From positions 127,145 to 191,144 of the forward strand of contig JBBTCT010000031.1 of NCBI GenBank assembly GCA_038060895.1: DNA of 64,000 bases. The letters run 5' to 3'. Below the pieces are notes generated by a model. It made no database searches, was not told the origin of the DNA, and saw only the letters and a program-made list of their open reading frames with translations. This document shows, piece after piece, positions 38,471 to 49,548 of the stretch (positions are counted from its first letter, which is position 1; the number at the start of each line of letters is the position of its first letter). This DNA is from Planctomycetota bacterium (GTDB taxonomy: Bacteria > Planctomycetota > MHYJ01 > WSZJ01). The position numbers were made by a program, and so were the translations under genes.

Positions 38471-38573
38471 TCTTTTCGGGTGGGGATTTTGAAGGGAGGT
38501 CGGATCGCGGCGCTCACGAACGGACGCGCGCGCCGCGATCCGACCTCCCTTCAAAATCCCCACCCGAAAAGAG
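38470..38573. repeat. Perfect 44-bp inverted repeat with a 16-nt loop
   Basis: 38470-38513 is the exact reverse complement of 38530-38573. Confidence 0.95.
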
Positions 38574-38622
38574 CGAAAAACGGCCCGGACACCGATACCG
38601 AACGACCGGGCAGCGACGACAA
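38551..38622 (-). CDS. Putative Phe-rich leader peptide (MSSLPGRSVSVSGPFFALFGWGF)
   Basis: GGAGG-5 nt-TTG start; 4 Phe in the last 9 codons; lies between the promoter and tRNA-Phe. Confidence 0.4.
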   Translation of the reverse strand: MSSLPGRSVSVSGPFFALFGWGF

Positions 38623-38647
38623 CTCGGCCTCCGTTGGAAGGGCGCAG

Positions 38648-38676
38648 AGTCTAAGAACCGACCGCCCTGCTTGCAA
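38648..38676 (-). promoter_or_regulatory. sigma70 promoter for the leader and tRNA-Phe
   Basis: TTGCAA-N17-TAGACT on the minus strand. Confidence 0.65.
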
Positions 38677-38831
38677 GAACTGACCCCATGAACCCTCGCG
38701 GAGCAGAAATGCCCGGCCTGAGGGCCGGTTCGTACGCTGGGGGCGCTGAATTCGGCGAATCGCGCAGTCGCGCGAGGCCCGCGGTTTGCTCTTTTCCTCT
38801 GGATTCCACTTCCAGAGAGGAACCTCGCCGG

Positions 38832-41480
38832 ATGCCCACGGCTTCGCCGCCACGCCCCGCCGGTCCCGCCTGGCACACATTGCCCCCGGCGGAGGTACTC
38901 ACAAACCTGGGTACGGACGCGACCGCGGGCCTGTCTGGGGCCGAAGTGGAGCGACGCCGGGCCGAGTACGGCCCGAACCGTCTGGCGGAGCCGGAGCATG
39001 TGGCGCCGTGGAGGCTGCTGCTGGGGCAGTTCAAAAACGTGCTCGTGATCATCCTGCTGGTGGCGGTCGTCCTGTCGGCCTTCCTGGGCCACGCCCTCGA
39101 GGCGGCCGCGATCGCCGTCATCATCTGCTTCGCGTTCGTGCTGGGGTTCGTGCAGGAGTTCCGGGCGGAGAGGGCGATCGAAGCGCTCCGGAAGATGGCC
39201 GCGCCGCGGGCGCGCGCGGTCCGGGGAGGCAAGGAGGAGGACGTTGCGGCGGTGGACCTGGTGCCGGGGGACGTGCTGCTCCTGGAGGCCGGAGACCGGA
39301 TGGCGGCCGACGCGCGGCTGATTGAATACGCGGGGGTGCAGGCGGACGAAGCGCCGCTCACGGGGGAATCGACGCCGGTGGAGAAGCGGGCCGAGGCGGT
39401 CCCGGGCGACGCCGTGCCGGTGGCGGACCGCCGGAATCTCGTCTTCGCCGGCACGGCCCTCACGCACGGCCGGGGCCGCGCCGTGGTGATCGAAACGGGG
39501 ATGCGCACCGAGTTCGGAAAAATCGCCGGGATGCTCCAGACCGTGGAAACCGGCGCGACGCCGCTTCAGAAAAACCTCGACCGCGTCGGCAGGTGGCTCG
39601 CCGCCGCGGCGCTTCTCCTCGTCCTCGGCGTCAGCGCGCTGGGCGTGTTCCGCGGCCAGCCGGTCCTCGAAATGCTCGTGTTCGGCATCGCGCTGGCCGT
39701 GGCCGTGGTGCCGGAAGCACTTCCCGCCGTCGTCACGATCTCGCTGGCGATGGGCGTGCGGCGGATGGTGAAGCGCAACGCGCTGGTGAGGCGGCTGCCG
39801 GCGGTGGAGACGCTGGGGTCGACGACGGTGATCTGTTCGGACAAGACGGGGACGCTGACGAAGGACGAGATGACGGTGCGACGGGTGGTCGCGGGCGGCG
39901 AGGCGCTGGACGTGACGGGGTCGGGGTACGCGGCGCAGGGCGGGTTCGAGCGGGAGGGCGCGAAGGCGGAGGCGCCGGAGGCGATGAAGGGGCTTCTGGC
40001 CGCGGCGGCGCTGTGCACGGACGCGCGAGTGCGGCCCGAGGGCGTGCGCGGCGACCCGACGGAAGCGGCGCTGATCGTCTTGGCGGCGAAGGCGGGGCTG
40101 AGGATCGAGGACCTGCAGCGCGAGCACCCGCGCGTCGACGAGATTCCGTTCTCGTCCGAGACGAAGCGGATGACCACGATCCACCGCGCGGGGGGTGGGA
40201 CGTTCGCGGTGACGAAAGGGGCGCCGGAAGCGGTGCTGCCGGGGTGCGCGTTGACGGACGCTGAGCGCGAGCAGGCACTGGCGCAGGCGGCGGGGATGGC
40301 GGAGAGGGCGCTTCGCGTGCTGGCGATCGCGCGCAAGGAGAACGCGGGGCGCGGGGACGCGCAGCAGGGCATGCGCTTCCTCGGGCTCGTGGGGATGATC
40401 GACCCGCCGCGGCCGGAGGCGAAGGAGGCGGTGGCGCGGTGCCACGATGCGGAGATCCGGGTGGTGATGATCACGGGCGACCACCCGGCGACGGCGAAGG
40501 CGATCGCGCGCGAGCTGGGGATTCTCGGCACGGGCCGGGTGGTGACCGGGGTCGAGCTGGATGCAATCGCCGACGGCGCGTTCGCGGAACAGGCGGACGC
40601 GATCGAGGTCTTCGCGCGCGTTTCGCCCGCGCACAAGCTGCGGGTCGTCGGGGCGCTGCAGTCGAAAGGCCACGTCGTCGCGATGACGGGCGACGGCGTG
40701 AACGACGCGCCGGCGCTGAAGAAAGCCGACATCGGGATCGCGATGGGGATCACGGGCACGGAAGTCTCGCGCGAAGCCGCGGCGATGACGCTGACGGACG
40801 ACAACTTCGCTTCGATCGTCGCCGCGGTCGAGGAAGGCCGCGGGATCTTCGGGAACATCCGCAAGTACCTCATGTACCTGCTCTCGTCGAACATCGGCGA
40901 GATCGCGCTCATGGCCGGCGCATCCGCCGCCGGGGCGCCGCTTCCCCTCACCGCCGTGCAGATTCTCTACGTGAACCTCGCGACCGACGGGCTGCCGGCG
41001 CTGGCGCTGGCGTTCGACCCGCCGGAGCCGGATCTCATGAAGGCGCGGCCGCGCGACCCGCGCACGGGGGTGTTCACTCGGCCGGTGGTGGCGCTGATGT
41101 TCACGGGCGGGCTCTGGTCGATGGCCGTGAACCTCGGACTCTTCTTCTGGGCGCTGCGCTCAGGCCGGGAACTCGCCCACGCGATGACGATGACCTTCGC
41201 GTCGCTCGTCATGATCCAGTTCTTCAAGGCGTACAACTTCCGCTCCGACCACCTGTCGGTCTTCCAGCGTCCCTTCGCGAACCGCTGGCTCAACCTCGGC
41301 ATCGCGTGGGAGATCGTCCTCCTGGCCCTCGTCCTGTACGTCCCCGTCCTGCGCAAGCCGCTCGGCGCCGTGGCGCTCTCGCCGGCGGACTGGGGCATCA
41401 TCCTGGCGATGTCGGCGACCGTCGTGCCGGTGCTTGAGATCGCGAAGTGGTTCGTGCGTCATCGCCCCGGGGAACGCTGA
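38832..41480 (+). CDS. Cation-transporting P-type ATPase (type II, Ca2+-like)
   Basis: TGES, PEALP, DKTGT, KGAPE, TGDH, GDGVND. Confidence 0.95.
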   Translation: MPTASPPRPAGPAWHTLPPAEVLTNLGTDATAGLSGAEVERRRAEYGPNRLAEPEHVAPWRLLLGQFKNVLVIILLVAVVLSAFLGHALEAAAIAVIICFAFVLGFVQEFRAERAIEALRKMAAPRARAVRGGKEEDVAAVDLVPGDVLLLEAGDRMAADARLIEYAGVQADEAPLTGESTPVEKRAEAVPGDAVPVADRRNLVFAGTALTHGRGRAVVIETGMRTEFGKIAGMLQTVETGATPLQKNLDRVGRWLAAAALLLVLGVSALGVFRGQPVLEMLVFGIALAVAVVPEALPAVVTISLAMGVRRMVKRNALVRRLPAVETLGSTTVICSDKTGTLTKDEMTVRRVVAGGEALDVTGSGYAAQGGFEREGAKAEAPEAMKGLLAAAALCTDARVRPEGVRGDPTEAALIVLAAKAGLRIEDLQREHPRVDEIPFSSETKRMTTIHRAGGGTFAVTKGAPEAVLPGCALTDAEREQALAQAAGMAERALRVLAIARKENAGRGDAQQGMRFLGLVGMIDPPRPEAKEAVARCHDAEIRVVMITGDHPATAKAIARELGILGTGRVVTGVELDAIADGAFAEQADAIEVFARVSPAHKLRVVGALQSKGHVVAMTGDGVNDAPALKKADIGIAMGITGTEVSREAAAMTLTDDNFASIVAAVEEGRGIFGNIRKYLMYLLSSNIGEIALMAGASAAGAPLPLTAVQILYVNLATDGLPALALAFDPPEPDLMKARPRDPRTGVFTRPVVALMFTGGLWSMAVNLGLFFWALRSGRELAHAMTMTFASLVMIQFFKAYNFRSDHLSVFQRPFANRWLNLGIAWEIVLLALVLYVPVLRKPLGAVALSPADWGIILAMSATVVPVLEIAKWFVRHRPGER

Positions 41481-41596
41481 AACGGGGTGGCGAACCGGCC
41501 ATCACCGCTTCTGGTAAGATGACGTCGTTCTGAAGGCACTTTTCCAGTCCCGGGCGTTTCGGCCCGGAGCCCTCGTTTTCCCTCACGGAGCTCCTC

Positions 41597-42844
41597 ATGA
41601 CCCCCCTTCGCTGGTTCGCCGGATGGATTCTTCCCGTCGTTACGACCGTCGGAATTCTGCTGGGGACGAAGTTCCAGCTCATCGGCGGCGAGCGCGAGGA
41701 CGCGGAGCGCGGGGCGAAGAAGCTGAAACTGATCCATGACCTCATGAAGCGCGGGTACGTCGAGGAGCCCGACACGGACAAGCTCTACGACGGGGCGGCC
41801 AAGGGGATGCTGGCGAGCCTGGACCAGCATTCGATGTACTTCGACGCGGCGGAGATGAAGGAATTCCTTCTCGACACGGAGGGGCACTACGGCGGGATCG
41901 GCGTGCAGGTGAGGTTCGACGCGGACGCGCTGGAGGTCGAGGCGGCGTTCGAGAACACGCCAGCGTTCAAGGCGGGGCTGATGACGGGCGACCGGATCCT
42001 GAAGATCGACGAGCGCTCGACGGAGAACATCGGGTCGGACGCGGCGGCGAAGTACATCCGCGGGGAGCCCGGGACGATCGTGAAGCTCACGGTGTGGAAG
42101 AAGATGACGGGAAAGACGGAGCTCATCCCGATCACGCGCGCCGAGATCTCGATCCCGAGCGTCAAGGGGACGGCGATGGTGAACGAGAAGGAGAAGATCG
42201 GTTACGTTCGGCTCCTCCAGTTCCAGGACGATTCGACGGTGAAGTTGCGCGAGTCGATCGACAACCTGCGCGCGCAGGGGCTGAAGGCGCTGATCCTGGA
42301 CCTGCGCTTCAATGGAGGCGGCAAGCTGGACCAGGCCGAGGACATCGCGGACCTGTTCCTCGACAGCGGGGTGATCGTCGAAACGAAGGGGCGGCTGGAC
42401 GACGCGAACCGGAAGCGCGAGGCGCGCAAGGACGACACGTACGAGAATTTTCCGATCGTGGTGCTCGTGAACGGCAGCTCGGCGTCCGCGAGCGAAATCG
42501 TCGCGGGGGCGCTTCAGGACCACAAGCGCGCGATGCTGGTCGGCGAGAAGACGTACGGCAAGGGGTCGGTGCAGCAGTACCTGACGGACCAGCTGGGGGA
42601 CGGATCGGGGCTCAAGTACACGATTGCGCGGTACTTCACGCCGAACGGCCGGTGGATCGACCGGAAAGCGGGGAAAGATTTCGGGCTGGAACCGGACATC
42701 GTTGTGGAGATCGACGAGCAGGCGCTGATGGAGCACTGGGCGAAGGTGGACGGGAAAGAGAAGTCCGAATTCCGGGACGTGCAGCTCGAGCAGTCGGTGG
42801 CGACGGCGATCACAATGCTGCGGGTGATTGACCGGCAGAAGTAA
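41597..42844 (+). CDS. ctpA: C-terminal processing protease (S41) with PDZ domain
   Basis: GGIG PDZ, DLRFNGGG, SASASE, GKGSVQ. Confidence 0.92.
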   Translation: MTPLRWFAGWILPVVTTVGILLGTKFQLIGGEREDAERGAKKLKLIHDLMKRGYVEEPDTDKLYDGAAKGMLASLDQHSMYFDAAEMKEFLLDTEGHYGGIGVQVRFDADALEVEAAFENTPAFKAGLMTGDRILKIDERSTENIGSDAAAKYIRGEPGTIVKLTVWKKMTGKTELIPITRAEISIPSVKGTAMVNEKEKIGYVRLLQFQDDSTVKLRESIDNLRAQGLKALILDLRFNGGGKLDQAEDIADLFLDSGVIVETKGRLDDANRKREARKDDTYENFPIVVLVNGSSASASEIVAGALQDHKRAMLVGEKTYGKGSVQQYLTDQLGDGSGLKYTIARYFTPNGRWIDRKAGKDFGLEPDIVVEIDEQALMEHWAKVDGKEKSEFRDVQLEQSVATAITMLRVIDRQK

Positions 42845-42848
42845 TCCC

Positions 42849-43862
<1,014 letters not shown>

Positions 43863-43926
43863 ATGCTGCCCCTCGTTGACCTTTCCGCTGTTCACCCGCC
43901 CACCCATCCATAACAATCGCCCCTCC

Positions 43927-44706
<780 letters not shown>

Positions 44707-44717
44707 GAGCGTGGCGC

Positions 44718-44746
44718 TTGACCCCGAACCCCTTCGCCTGTAACTT
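44718..44746 (+). promoter_or_regulatory. sigma70 promoter of tRNA-Leu
   Basis: TTGACC-N17-TAACTT. Confidence 0.6.
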
Positions 44747-44758
44747 TCCGCCCTCGCT

Positions 44759-44840
44759 GCGGGCGTGGCGGAATTGGCAGACGCGTACGTTTGAGGGGCG
44801 TATGACGCAAGTCGTGTGGGTTCGACCCCCACCGCCCGCA
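44759..44840 (+). tRNA. tRNA-Leu(GAG)
   Basis: GCGGGCG..CGCCCGC-A; anticodon arm TACGT-TTGAGGG-GCGTA; long variable arm. Confidence 0.96.
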
Positions 44841-44841
44841 T

Positions 44842-44961
44842 CGGATTGAGGGGTCGGGATCTTCGCGGTCGACGGACGGGGGCGCTTGGCGATTGGCCGG
44901 AGAACGGTTGATCTCTGAAGCGCCCCCGCCCGTAGACCGCTTGACCCGACCCCTCAATCCG
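44842..44961 (+). repeat. 120-nt imperfect inverted repeat after tRNA-Leu
   Basis: CGGATTGAGGGGTCGGG / CCCGACCCCTCAATCCG outer arms; pairing continues to the loop. Confidence 0.85.
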
Positions 44962-44997
44962 TGAAAGTCCCTGACCGCGGCCTGCGGGGGTACGGAA

Positions 44998-46875
44998 TCA
45001 GCGCGCGGCGGGTTGGATCCGGATTTCCCACTCGTCGATTTCTTCGTTGCCGATGAGCGAGCGCTGAAGCTGCCAGTCGATCCGGCCCAGGCCGCCGAGC
45101 AGGCCCAGTCGGCTCTCGATCGTGGCGCGGCGCTGCCCGACCTCCGTGCGGAAAGCGTCCCCCTTCTTGAGCCCTTCCGCACGGCGTGCGGAAAAGGCTC
45201 GTTTTTCGCCGGCTTCCCAGGCTTTCAGACGCTCCTCGAGCTCGTGATCGAACGGGCTCCCCCGGAGTTCTGGCCGCTCGCGCTTCAGGTCCTTCTCCAG
45301 GTCGTCGAAGATCCGCAGGTAGGCTTCTGTGGGCTGTTCCGTGGTCCCGTAGCGCCCGCGGAAGTCGTCTTCGGAGGCGGGCGCCACACGGTCGAGAAGT
45401 TCCCACGTCGCTTCCATTTCGGCGAACTCTCCGGCCAGGTCCCGGGCGAGGGCGACGGCGAGCGGACCCTCGAGGACTCCACGGGCGTGGCCGGGTGGAT
45501 TCGAAGGCGCTGCGGGCGTGATTTTCGTAAGAAGCGGCCAGAAGGTGCTGACCCAGAGCGTGCCGTCAATCACGGCGTACCCGGGCGCAAATTCCTGCCC
45601 GAATTCGCTGACGCCTTCGCGAAAGACGATGCGCCAGACCTCGCGGCCTTCGAAGGTGATTTTGTCGTGGCGGAACGGATCCAGGACCGGCGCAGCGCGT
45701 CCCTTCGGCATAGGCAGGTCGACGCGCCGCCCTTCCAGTTCCGACTCGGTCAGAAACTTGTCGATCGACTTGAGCGCTTCCGCCTCGATCCCGCGGACTT
45801 CCCATGCGAAGAGGACGGCGGGAATCGGCGATTTCGGCTTCACGCCGAAGCCGGCGTGGTCGATGCGCGTGACGGCCCAGAGGCGCTCGGGGCCGAACTT
45901 CGGCAGGAGGTCACGCTCGAACTTGCGGCCGCCGAGGAACTTCTCGTAGTCGCCGATCTCGCGCTGGAACGCGCTGACGAAGCGGGCGTTTTCGGGGTCG
46001 TGGACGATCTCGTCCCAGACGGCGCGCGCGTTGAAGTTCTCGCCGTGCCGGAGCGCGAGGCCCGGGATCGTCCAGGACGCGAGCCGCGAGGGCATCGCGG
46101 GCGCCGAAGCGGCGGCGCGCCTGGCGGTCTCGCGAGGCCCGAGCCTCCAGCGCGCCCCGCCCTTGAGCACGAGGGCGTTCCCGTCGAACGTGCCCTGGGC
46201 TTCACCAGCGGGTTCCAGTGCGCCGCGCAGCCGGGAGTACGCCATCCGCTCGATGTCGTTCAGGCGGCCCGCGGCGCGCTCCCCGTCCCATCGCGCCAGG
46301 AAGCCGCGATCCTTGAAGGTGAGATCCGTGGTCCCGGTCGCCACCGCGAACCGCCCCGCGCAGGCGACGGAGTCGGCGAGAAGGGACTTCGACGTGGCAA
46401 TCCAGAGCCAGTTTCCCCGGGACGCGAGGAAGACCGGGACGCCCGCAAGCTCCAGCCCGCCGGCCGTTTCCTGGATTCCCAGCGCGCGTTTTGCAGCGGA
46501 CTCCATCGGGCCGAACTGCGCCAGGCGCGGGCATTCGACGACGGCGACGAGGTCCTTGCCGCGGATGCCGGCCGCCGCGCCTCCAAAATGCCCGAACCAG
46601 CCCGATTGACGCAGCGCGTCAAGATTCCGCCCGCTCAGCGCGCCCAGGGGGCCGGCAGCCGCCGCGGCCGATCTCACCTGCACGAAAGCCTCGACGTCCG
46701 CGGGGAGCTTCGCAACCGGGTCGCATCCCGAGTCGAACCGCGCCCAGACGACAAGCCCCGCTGCGGCGAGGATCGCGAAGTGCGCCACCCAGCCGAGAAT
46801 GAGAACGGGGCGCCGCAGCCGCCGCGGCACGACGCGCCGAAATCCCTGCCTCAACGGCACCAGCAACCGCTTCAC
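44998..46875 (-). CDS. Hypothetical membrane-anchored protein
   Basis: GTG start overlaps the upstream stop; N-terminal TM. Confidence 0.65.
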   Translation of the reverse strand: MKRLLVPLRQGFRRVVPRRLRRPVLILGWVAHFAILAAAGLVVWARFDSGCDPVAKLPADVEAFVQVRSAAAAAGPLGALSGRNLDALRQSGWFGHFGGAAAGIRGKDLVAVVECPRLAQFGPMESAAKRALGIQETAGGLELAGVPVFLASRGNWLWIATSKSLLADSVACAGRFAVATGTTDLTFKDRGFLARWDGERAAGRLNDIERMAYSRLRGALEPAGEAQGTFDGNALVLKGGARWRLGPRETARRAAASAPAMPSRLASWTIPGLALRHGENFNARAVWDEIVHDPENARFVSAFQREIGDYEKFLGGRKFERDLLPKFGPERLWAVTRIDHAGFGVKPKSPIPAVLFAWEVRGIEAEALKSIDKFLTESELEGRRVDLPMPKGRAAPVLDPFRHDKITFEGREVWRIVFREGVSEFGQEFAPGYAVIDGTLWVSTFWPLLTKITPAAPSNPPGHARGVLEGPLAVALARDLAGEFAEMEATWELLDRVAPASEDDFRGRYGTTEQPTEAYLRIFDDLEKDLKRERPELRGSPFDHELEERLKAWEAGEKRAFSARRAEGLKKGDAFRTEVGQRRATIESRLGLLGGLGRIDWQLQRSLIGNEEIDEWEIRIQPAAR

Positions 46876-47822
46876 CGGGCCCCGCCTACGCGCTCCGCGC
46901 TTCGGCGGGCCAATGGCGCCTTCGCGCCCTGGCGCGTGCCGCGGCGCGTCAGCTCCGCCTCGATCGCGGCGTGAATCTGATCCTTCGTGAGCCCCCAGTC
47001 GGGCGCGAGGCACCATTCGCCGGGGAGCTCGCCGATCAACCGCTGGATCGACACGCGCTCGGGAAGAATCTCGAGGAAGTCCGCGGCCGCGGCGACGTGT
47101 TCTTCGAGCGTCGGCACCGCCGCCTCGCCCCGCCTCCACATGCCCTCGAGCGCCGTGTGCGGCGAAACATAGAGGTGATGGATCTTGATCGAGTCGACGG
47201 GCAGCTCCGCGATGAAGCGCGCCGTCTCGCGCATCATCTCGCGCGTCTCGCCCGGGATGCCCAGGATCACGTGCGCAACGACCGCCAGCCCCCGCGCCGC
47301 CGTGCGGTTCACGGCATCCGCGAAGTCCGCCGCCGAGTGGCAGCGGTTCATCCAGAGGAGCGACGACTCGTGCGACGACTCGAGACCGTACTCAACCCAG
47401 ACGCGTCGGTCCGGCGTCCGGAGCGATTCGATGAGGTCGAGGACTTCGTCGGAAGAGCAATCAGGGCGAGTGCCGATGGAGATCCCGACGACATCCGGGT
47501 CCTTCGTCGCGACCTCGTAAATCCCCTTCAGCTCCGCGACCGGCGCATACGTGTTCGAGTACGCCTGGAAGTAGGCGATGAACTTCGCCCCCGGCTCCCG
47601 CCGCCAGTACCTCTGCTTTCCCTTCGCAAGCTGCTCTTCCAGCTCCGCCTTCGGCCCACGCGTGTTCGGCGCAAACGACCGGTTGTCGCAGTACACGCAC
47701 CCGCCGTACGCCTTCGACCCGTCGCGGTTCGGGCAGGTGAAGCCCGCGTGGAGGGGAATCTTGAAGACCTTGAACGGATACAGGTCCTTCAGGACGCGGG
47801 ACCAGCGGGTGTAGAGCGCCAT
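46872..47822 (-). CDS. TIGR01212-family radical SAM protein (YhcC-like)
   Basis: GFTCPNRDG..GGCVYC, YFQAYSNTY, IGTRPDC. Confidence 0.92.
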   Translation of the reverse strand: MALYTRWSRVLKDLYPFKVFKIPLHAGFTCPNRDGSKAYGGCVYCDNRSFAPNTRGPKAELEEQLAKGKQRYWRREPGAKFIAYFQAYSNTYAPVAELKGIYEVATKDPDVVGISIGTRPDCSSDEVLDLIESLRTPDRRVWVEYGLESSHESSLLWMNRCHSAADFADAVNRTAARGLAVVAHVILGIPGETREMMRETARFIAELPVDSIKIHHLYVSPHTALEGMWRRGEAAVPTLEEHVAAAADFLEILPERVSIQRLIGELPGEWCLAPDWGLTKDQIHAAIEAELTRRGTRQGAKAPLARRSAERVGGAR

Positions 47823-47879
47823 GGCGGTGAGTGTATCAACGGCAGGCAGCGGTCAGGCGAGTGTGGAGAAGCGCAACCC

Positions 47880-48236
47880 TTACTGCTCTTCCGGATTCAC
47901 CAGCTGAAACCAGTTCCCGAACGGATCGGTGAACGTGAGGCAGCGGTCGGACCCGTCGGTCCCCTTGAAGACAAGACCGCGGTTCTTCAACTCCGCCACC
48001 TCTTTGTCGAGGTCGTCGCAGTACAGGACCATCGCGATCGTCGCGCCCTGGTAGGTCGCGGGGGCGGGTGGCGAGCCGGGACGCAGGAGAATCGTGAGAT
48101 CTCCGTTCGTCATCCAGACGACTTTTCCGTCGTGCTGGACGTCGCCGATTTCGAAACCGAGGACGTTCTTGTAGAAGTCCTTCGCGCGCGAAGGATCCGG
48201 AACAAAGACCTCGAGATGCCCTACCGTGATGCCCAT
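47880..48236 (-). CDS. VOC/glyoxalase family protein
   Basis: HLEVFVPD..FYKNVLGF..DPFGNWFQL. Confidence 0.85.
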   Translation of the reverse strand: MGITVGHLEVFVPDPSRAKDFYKNVLGFEIGDVQHDGKVVWMTNGDLTILLRPGSPPAPATYQGATIAMVLYCDDLDKEVAELKNRGLVFKGTDGSDRCLTFTDPFGNWFQLVNPEEQ

Positions 48237-48267
48237 TTCGTCTCCTCCCCCGACTCCTGGACAAACC

Positions 48268-48723
48268 CTATTTCACTTCCACTATCTCCGGCTTCATGCG
48301 TTCGAGGATCACGACCATCTCCTCGATCTCCTTCCCCCCGATTTTCGCCGCCTCCATCCCGGCCCTGCAGTCCTTGATAAACGCGTACCACTGCTTCTCC
48401 GTCACCTGCATCCCGCGGTGGGAGTCCTTCATCGACCGGCCGTGATACGTCTCGGGGCCGCCGGCCAGCCCGGCGAGCAGGTTCGTGATCTGCACCTTGA
48501 TCCCCGGGACGTTTTCCGGCTTCGCCCGCTTCTGGAGTTCCACGTTGGCAAGAATCTCCGGGTCCGTCAGAACGCGGTTCACCATCTCGTCCGTCGCCCG
48601 CGCGATCCCGTTCAGCCCGCCCATGCGCGCGTAGAGCGAATCGGGGCCGGGCTGCTTTTCGCCCGAAGAGCACGCCGCGAACGCCAGGAGCGCGACCGCG
48701 GCCACGAACCCTTTCAGTTTCAT
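48268..48723 (-). CDS. Group I truncated hemoglobin with a lipoprotein signal
   Basis: SLYARMGG, LAGGPETYHGRSMKDSH; lipobox FAAC. Confidence 0.8.
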   Translation of the reverse strand: MKLKGFVAAVALLAFAACSSGEKQPGPDSLYARMGGLNGIARATDEMVNRVLTDPEILANVELQKRAKPENVPGIKVQITNLLAGLAGGPETYHGRSMKDSHRGMQVTEKQWYAFIKDCRAGMEAAKIGGKEIEEMVVILERMKPEIVEVK

Positions 48724-48741
48724 CGCCAGTCCTTTCGGGAG

Positions 48742-49548
48742 CTATTCGCCTTTGTCGATGCGCCCGAGCGCCTGCGCGGCGTCCGGCTCGACTTTCCACT
48801 GGAAGGGAATCGTGGATCGTTTCAGCGCCGGGTGCGCGCCGGCCAGGACGCAGAAGCCGGCCTTCGCCTTGAGCCGGCTCTGCAGGACCCACGCGGCCGC
48901 GGTCGCGGCGTCACCCCACGTCGGCACGTCGGCCAGGTCGATCACGACGAAATTCGTGAGCGCCGCCAGCGACTCGAGATGCTCGCGTGCCACGCGCCCC
49001 GCAATCCAGTCGCTTCCGGCACAGTTTCCCGCGGGAACGACAAGCAGCACGCGCCGGCCCTCGGGCGTGTGCACGATGGACTCGCGGAATTCGCAGGTCG
49101 TCGCAGGGACGACCCGCGACCAGCCCTCGGAAGGGGGAAGCACGGCCGTGGCCGCGTCCGGGGAAGCGCCGGCGGAAGCGTCGAAGCGCGCAAGCGCGTC
49201 TTCGTCCGTGGCCACGCAGGCCGCGCCCAGCGGCGTGAGCGCAGCCGCGATCGGGGCCGCCGCTTCGGTGACGATCCCGTCGCCCCCCAGCGGCTGAAGA
49301 TCCTCGCGGACCAGCCCGGTGAAACTTGCAGCGGCTTCGGCGCACGCCGTGGCGTTCTTGAGATTCGCCAGCAGGTATTCAGCCTGCTGCGGCCACGCGT
49401 TCGCGTAATCCATCACGTTGCCGCTCGCGCCTCGTTCGGCGCCCGTCCAGGGGCCATGCACTTCGACCCGCAGCACCCGCCGCCCCGCCGGCGTGCGCAC
49501 GATGGACTCCAGCATGCGGAGGCCGCCCGAATACCGGATCTCACGCAT
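48742..49548 (-). CDS. Hypothetical protein with tandem degenerate STAS-like domains
   Basis: Internal repeat ESIVRTPAGRRVL / ESIVHTPEGRRVL; VVIDLADV..RLKAKAGFCVLAG. Confidence 0.45.
   Translation of the reverse strand: MREIRYSGGLRMLESIVRTPAGRRVLRVEVHGPWTGAERGASGNVMDYANAWPQQAEYLLANLKNATACAEAAASFTGLVREDLQPLGGDGIVTEAAAPIAAALTPLGAACVATDEDALARFDASAGASPDAATAVLPPSEGWSRVVPATTCEFRESIVHTPEGRRVLLVVPAGNCAGSDWIAGRVAREHLESLAALTNFVVIDLADVPTWGDAATAAAWVLQSRLKAKAGFCVLAGAHPALKRSTIPFQWKVEPDAAQALGRIDKGE

Noticed and set aside
38514-40673. 719-aa minus-strand ORF
   Set aside because: Antisense shadow of the P-type ATPase
44842-44961. Integron attC site
   Set aside because: Lacks RYYYAAC/GTTRRRY ends, and there is no integron integrase or cassette array
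45013-46974. 653-aa plus-strand ORF
   Set aside because: Shadow of the minus-strand gene coupled to the radical SAM gene
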